Of a stretch of 64,000 bases of DNA, positions 61,301-64,000 are shown one piece after another. Every line of letters starts with the position of its first letter. Within the stretch, counting starts at the first letter, position 1. Where the stretch lies: positions 68,200,001 through 68,264,000 of the forward strand of contig CM060733.1 in NCBI GenBank assembly GCA_030704615.1, in the 5' to 3' direction. A model generated the notes under the pieces. That model was not told the DNA's origin. It saw only the letters and a program-made list of their open reading frames with translations, and made no database searches. The translations under genes were made by a program, and so were the position numbers. The stretch is from Takakia lepidozioides (Eukaryota > Plantae > Bryophyta).

Positions 61301-62787
61301 ACATGAATCAACTCGTAATTGAGAACTGATATACAGCTGAAAACTGCATCTGACTGAACATCTGCTTAACCTCCAGCTAGATGGCAAAGAATAACTGCAA
61401 ACTGACTGGAACAGGTTGCAAGCATTTCCAAAATGATGCCTAAAGGAGCTGCAAGACTAGAGAAACAGCCCTAGAAAACTCTCAAGGACATTGAGCCCAG
61501 ACATCAAATCCAAGCCACCTCACGTACAAATGTAGCCTTCCCTTTGTAAAGTGCAGCCAAAGAAACAGGTCATCAAACAGATTGACAAATCTCTGGATAC
61601 ATGGAAAATCAGGCTTTGGGAAATCCTCTTACAAGTCGCACAAGCAAATTGATGAAGAAGTAAAGAAAAGGCTACATCGATGATCAGTTGTGCTTCACGT
61701 CCAACAAAAATTCCATGGCCATAAAACAGGAACGATACCAGTTTTCAGACCAACAACAGGGCGTCCCCAGGTAAGACTGAGACACCCTCGAGGCTTGCTG
61801 ATAGAATGAACAACAGAGAAGGAAAATGGTAGAATCATGAAGACAACAGAGAGCTATGGCTTACGTGGCAGGCAGTGGGCCATAACACCCATGGGGTGAA
61901 TCAGACAGGGGCACCAGCAACAGGAAATGTCTGGAGCGCAAATACAACAATCCTGACCACGCAAGCCGCAGAGTATCAATCTAAACATCGAGTTTTCAGA
62001 ATAAGGACATCAAAGGCATTGGAGACATCACCAACCATTCGTGAACCCTGAACCAACGATTTGAGTGGAGCATTAGTATAAACCTCCCATCAAAACCGAC
62101 CTTTGGGTGAGTTCACTTACCAAGCTGTAGCCTAGGCGCCTTACTGATGAAGGCACGGGAGGAGGGAATTGGGCACTTTCTATAATGACTAGGGATGTGG
62201 CATTTGTCACCAAATATAGATGATGCTGATGATGGTGGCCTGGTGGCCTGCTCTAAGGTAGGCCAGTTGATCATGAGGAGACTTAACTTGCAGACATAAA
62301 CTCAGAAACATAAGTCACGAGTGCGTGTCAGCCTCGTGAATGACTGCCATCTCAAAATTTAAGAGGGTGCAAGTATTGGCAGCCACACCACACAGAGAAA
62401 ACACTAAGAACTGAAGAGAAGAGCATACAAAACCATGAGACTACCAATTCACGAGTAAATGAGGTACGAAACAACCAAAAGCAAACTTCAAAATCTCCAT
62501 CAGCATATAGCATAATCCATAACAGATGACACTTGCCATTCTGGAAGTCTGACATACATAAGAGAAACCTTTTAACACAACCTGTACACCTCCAGCAAAA
62601 GAAATGGGAAATAAGATCTTCCATTTCAGCAACAGGGGACAGGGAGTATGAATTGATTCAAGATGCTAAGAGGGACGGGAAAGAGACTGTTGGAAGGAAG
62701 CAAAATACAACCAGAGAGGCATCAAGGGAGAAGAACAAAACAATGATATTGGATGTAAGATTACGCTATAAAAGTGTTGATGCTCAC

Positions 62788-63377
62788 CTAGAGATTGTAG
62801 TAGGATGGCAAAGACGCAAGGGACCCAACAGTTGGAGCACGAGACGCAGAGGAACTTCCCAACTGTGGATTTTGGTATGTTGCATATGCATAGTGACCTC
62901 CTGCAGCTTGTAATGCTGCTGCCTGCTGGGATGCAACCGAATTCGTAGCTGGTGCGTACAAAGGAATCCCTCCCATTGTAGCATAACCTGTTGGCTGGCC
63001 AGTGAGCCCAGTTGGTTGTGTCCCATAAGGAGACACACCTAAATGAGTGCCATAGGTAGTCATACCTAAGGAGGTTTCCACTTGACCAACACCCTGTGTG
63101 AGAGGGGAATTGAAAGATCCATTGAGAGAGGGATTCAGGGAGTGCCCCAGAGAGGGGTTGAGAGAATGGTTCAGTGAATATGACTGGTTCAGGGAAGCAT
63201 TAAGACTGGTAAGGCCTTGGTTGTGGCTGGCAAGGCCAGAATGCAGGCCAGAGTTGAGACTTGGGGTGAGGGCTTGGTTCATTCCCTGGTTAAGAGGTAT
63301 ACCCGTGGTGATCAAGCCTGGGTTCATCGACCCATACTGGAGACCAGCCCCTGTTGGAACTGCAGACTGAGTGGCGA
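62788..63377 (-). CDS. Last coding exon of a host gene; low-complexity G/S/N/Q/Y tail, possibly a UBA2-like RNA-binding protein
   Basis: Acceptor ctacag at about 63378, then an intact frame ending GSSSASRAPTVGSLASLPSYYNL*. The stop is immediately followed by a GTGAG donor. Confidence 0.6.
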
Positions 63378-64000
63378 CCTGTAGTCACAGTTGCACAATA
63401 GGGCCTTAGAATAGTCCTCAGCAACAACTGACTGAACAAACCTTCAAATTTGTACAGCATGCATGCAATACTACGACAGCAACAGTGGATATTTCATCTA
63501 CACAGCATGATGGACACCTGTGAAGTGAGGTGCATTTCAACCCCCAACATGAATTCTCTCTACGAGTACTCAAGAACAACCCAAAGGAAAGTCCTCCAAC
63601 CATTATTCGTTATTGGTCTTATTAACTAACTCTGAAGTTAGTGACAAGAGTACACAAATCATAGGAAATTGATACACATTTTGTTAATATGCAAGCCAAA
63701 TTCATGATCTGGCTCATTGAGGTGAAATAGACAAAAGATCAATTCAAGACATACGAAAAGTGGTTGATCGTTCGAAAACAAACCTTGAAAAACTCATTAA
63801 TTTTATGTTTGACTTTTCTCAGGAAAATAAATATATACCTGTGAGCCCAACCTGGACCCATCACTCTCTGTCCTCCCCTGTGTACCAGCCTGCTTCTGTT
63901 TTTGACCTTCCACTGCAAGTTTGCAATGCATCTGATGGCCGTCAACTGTTTTAATTGGCTCTTGCAATGCCCTTCTTGCGGACTCAACAGATTTGTAGAT

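Overview
Eukaryotic, transposon-dense plant DNA, most likely a non-seed plant such as a bryophyte (inferred from the TE lineages). There is a 500-N gap at 14202-14701. Layout: (i) 1-3307, fragments of a DUF7869/Sola-like DDE transposase with a dispersed palindrome, CACGGGAG-NN-CTCCCGTG. (ii) 3308-23021, three nested or adjacent copies of one non-chromovirus Ty3/Gypsy family with about 1-kb LTRs, an Arg-like PBS, an extra 5' ORF that starts inside the LTR, and extra 3' ORFs. (iii) 23022-~34300, unit P1: a spliced gene for a ParB/Srx-like domain fused to a degenerate beta-class amino-methyltransferase fold. It is flanked by arrays of the palindrome GGAAATGCGG-NN-CCGCATTTCC (one array has strict 53-bp phasing) and followed by a head-to-head paralogue pair. 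(iv) ~34600-47420, unit P2: a second, very divergent ParB-like/MTase-like gene studded with the other palindrome, with a hAT-type MITE in an exon. (v) 47880-55373, degraded chromovirus pieces, a LINE fragment and a 1-kb foldback. (vi) 55400-64000, the 3' end of a host gene on the minus strand. The main candidate new system is a pair of mobile units, each encoding a ParB-MTase-like protein and carrying its own parS-like palindrome in non-coding DNA. All domain calls come from motifs read by eye; no database searches were run.
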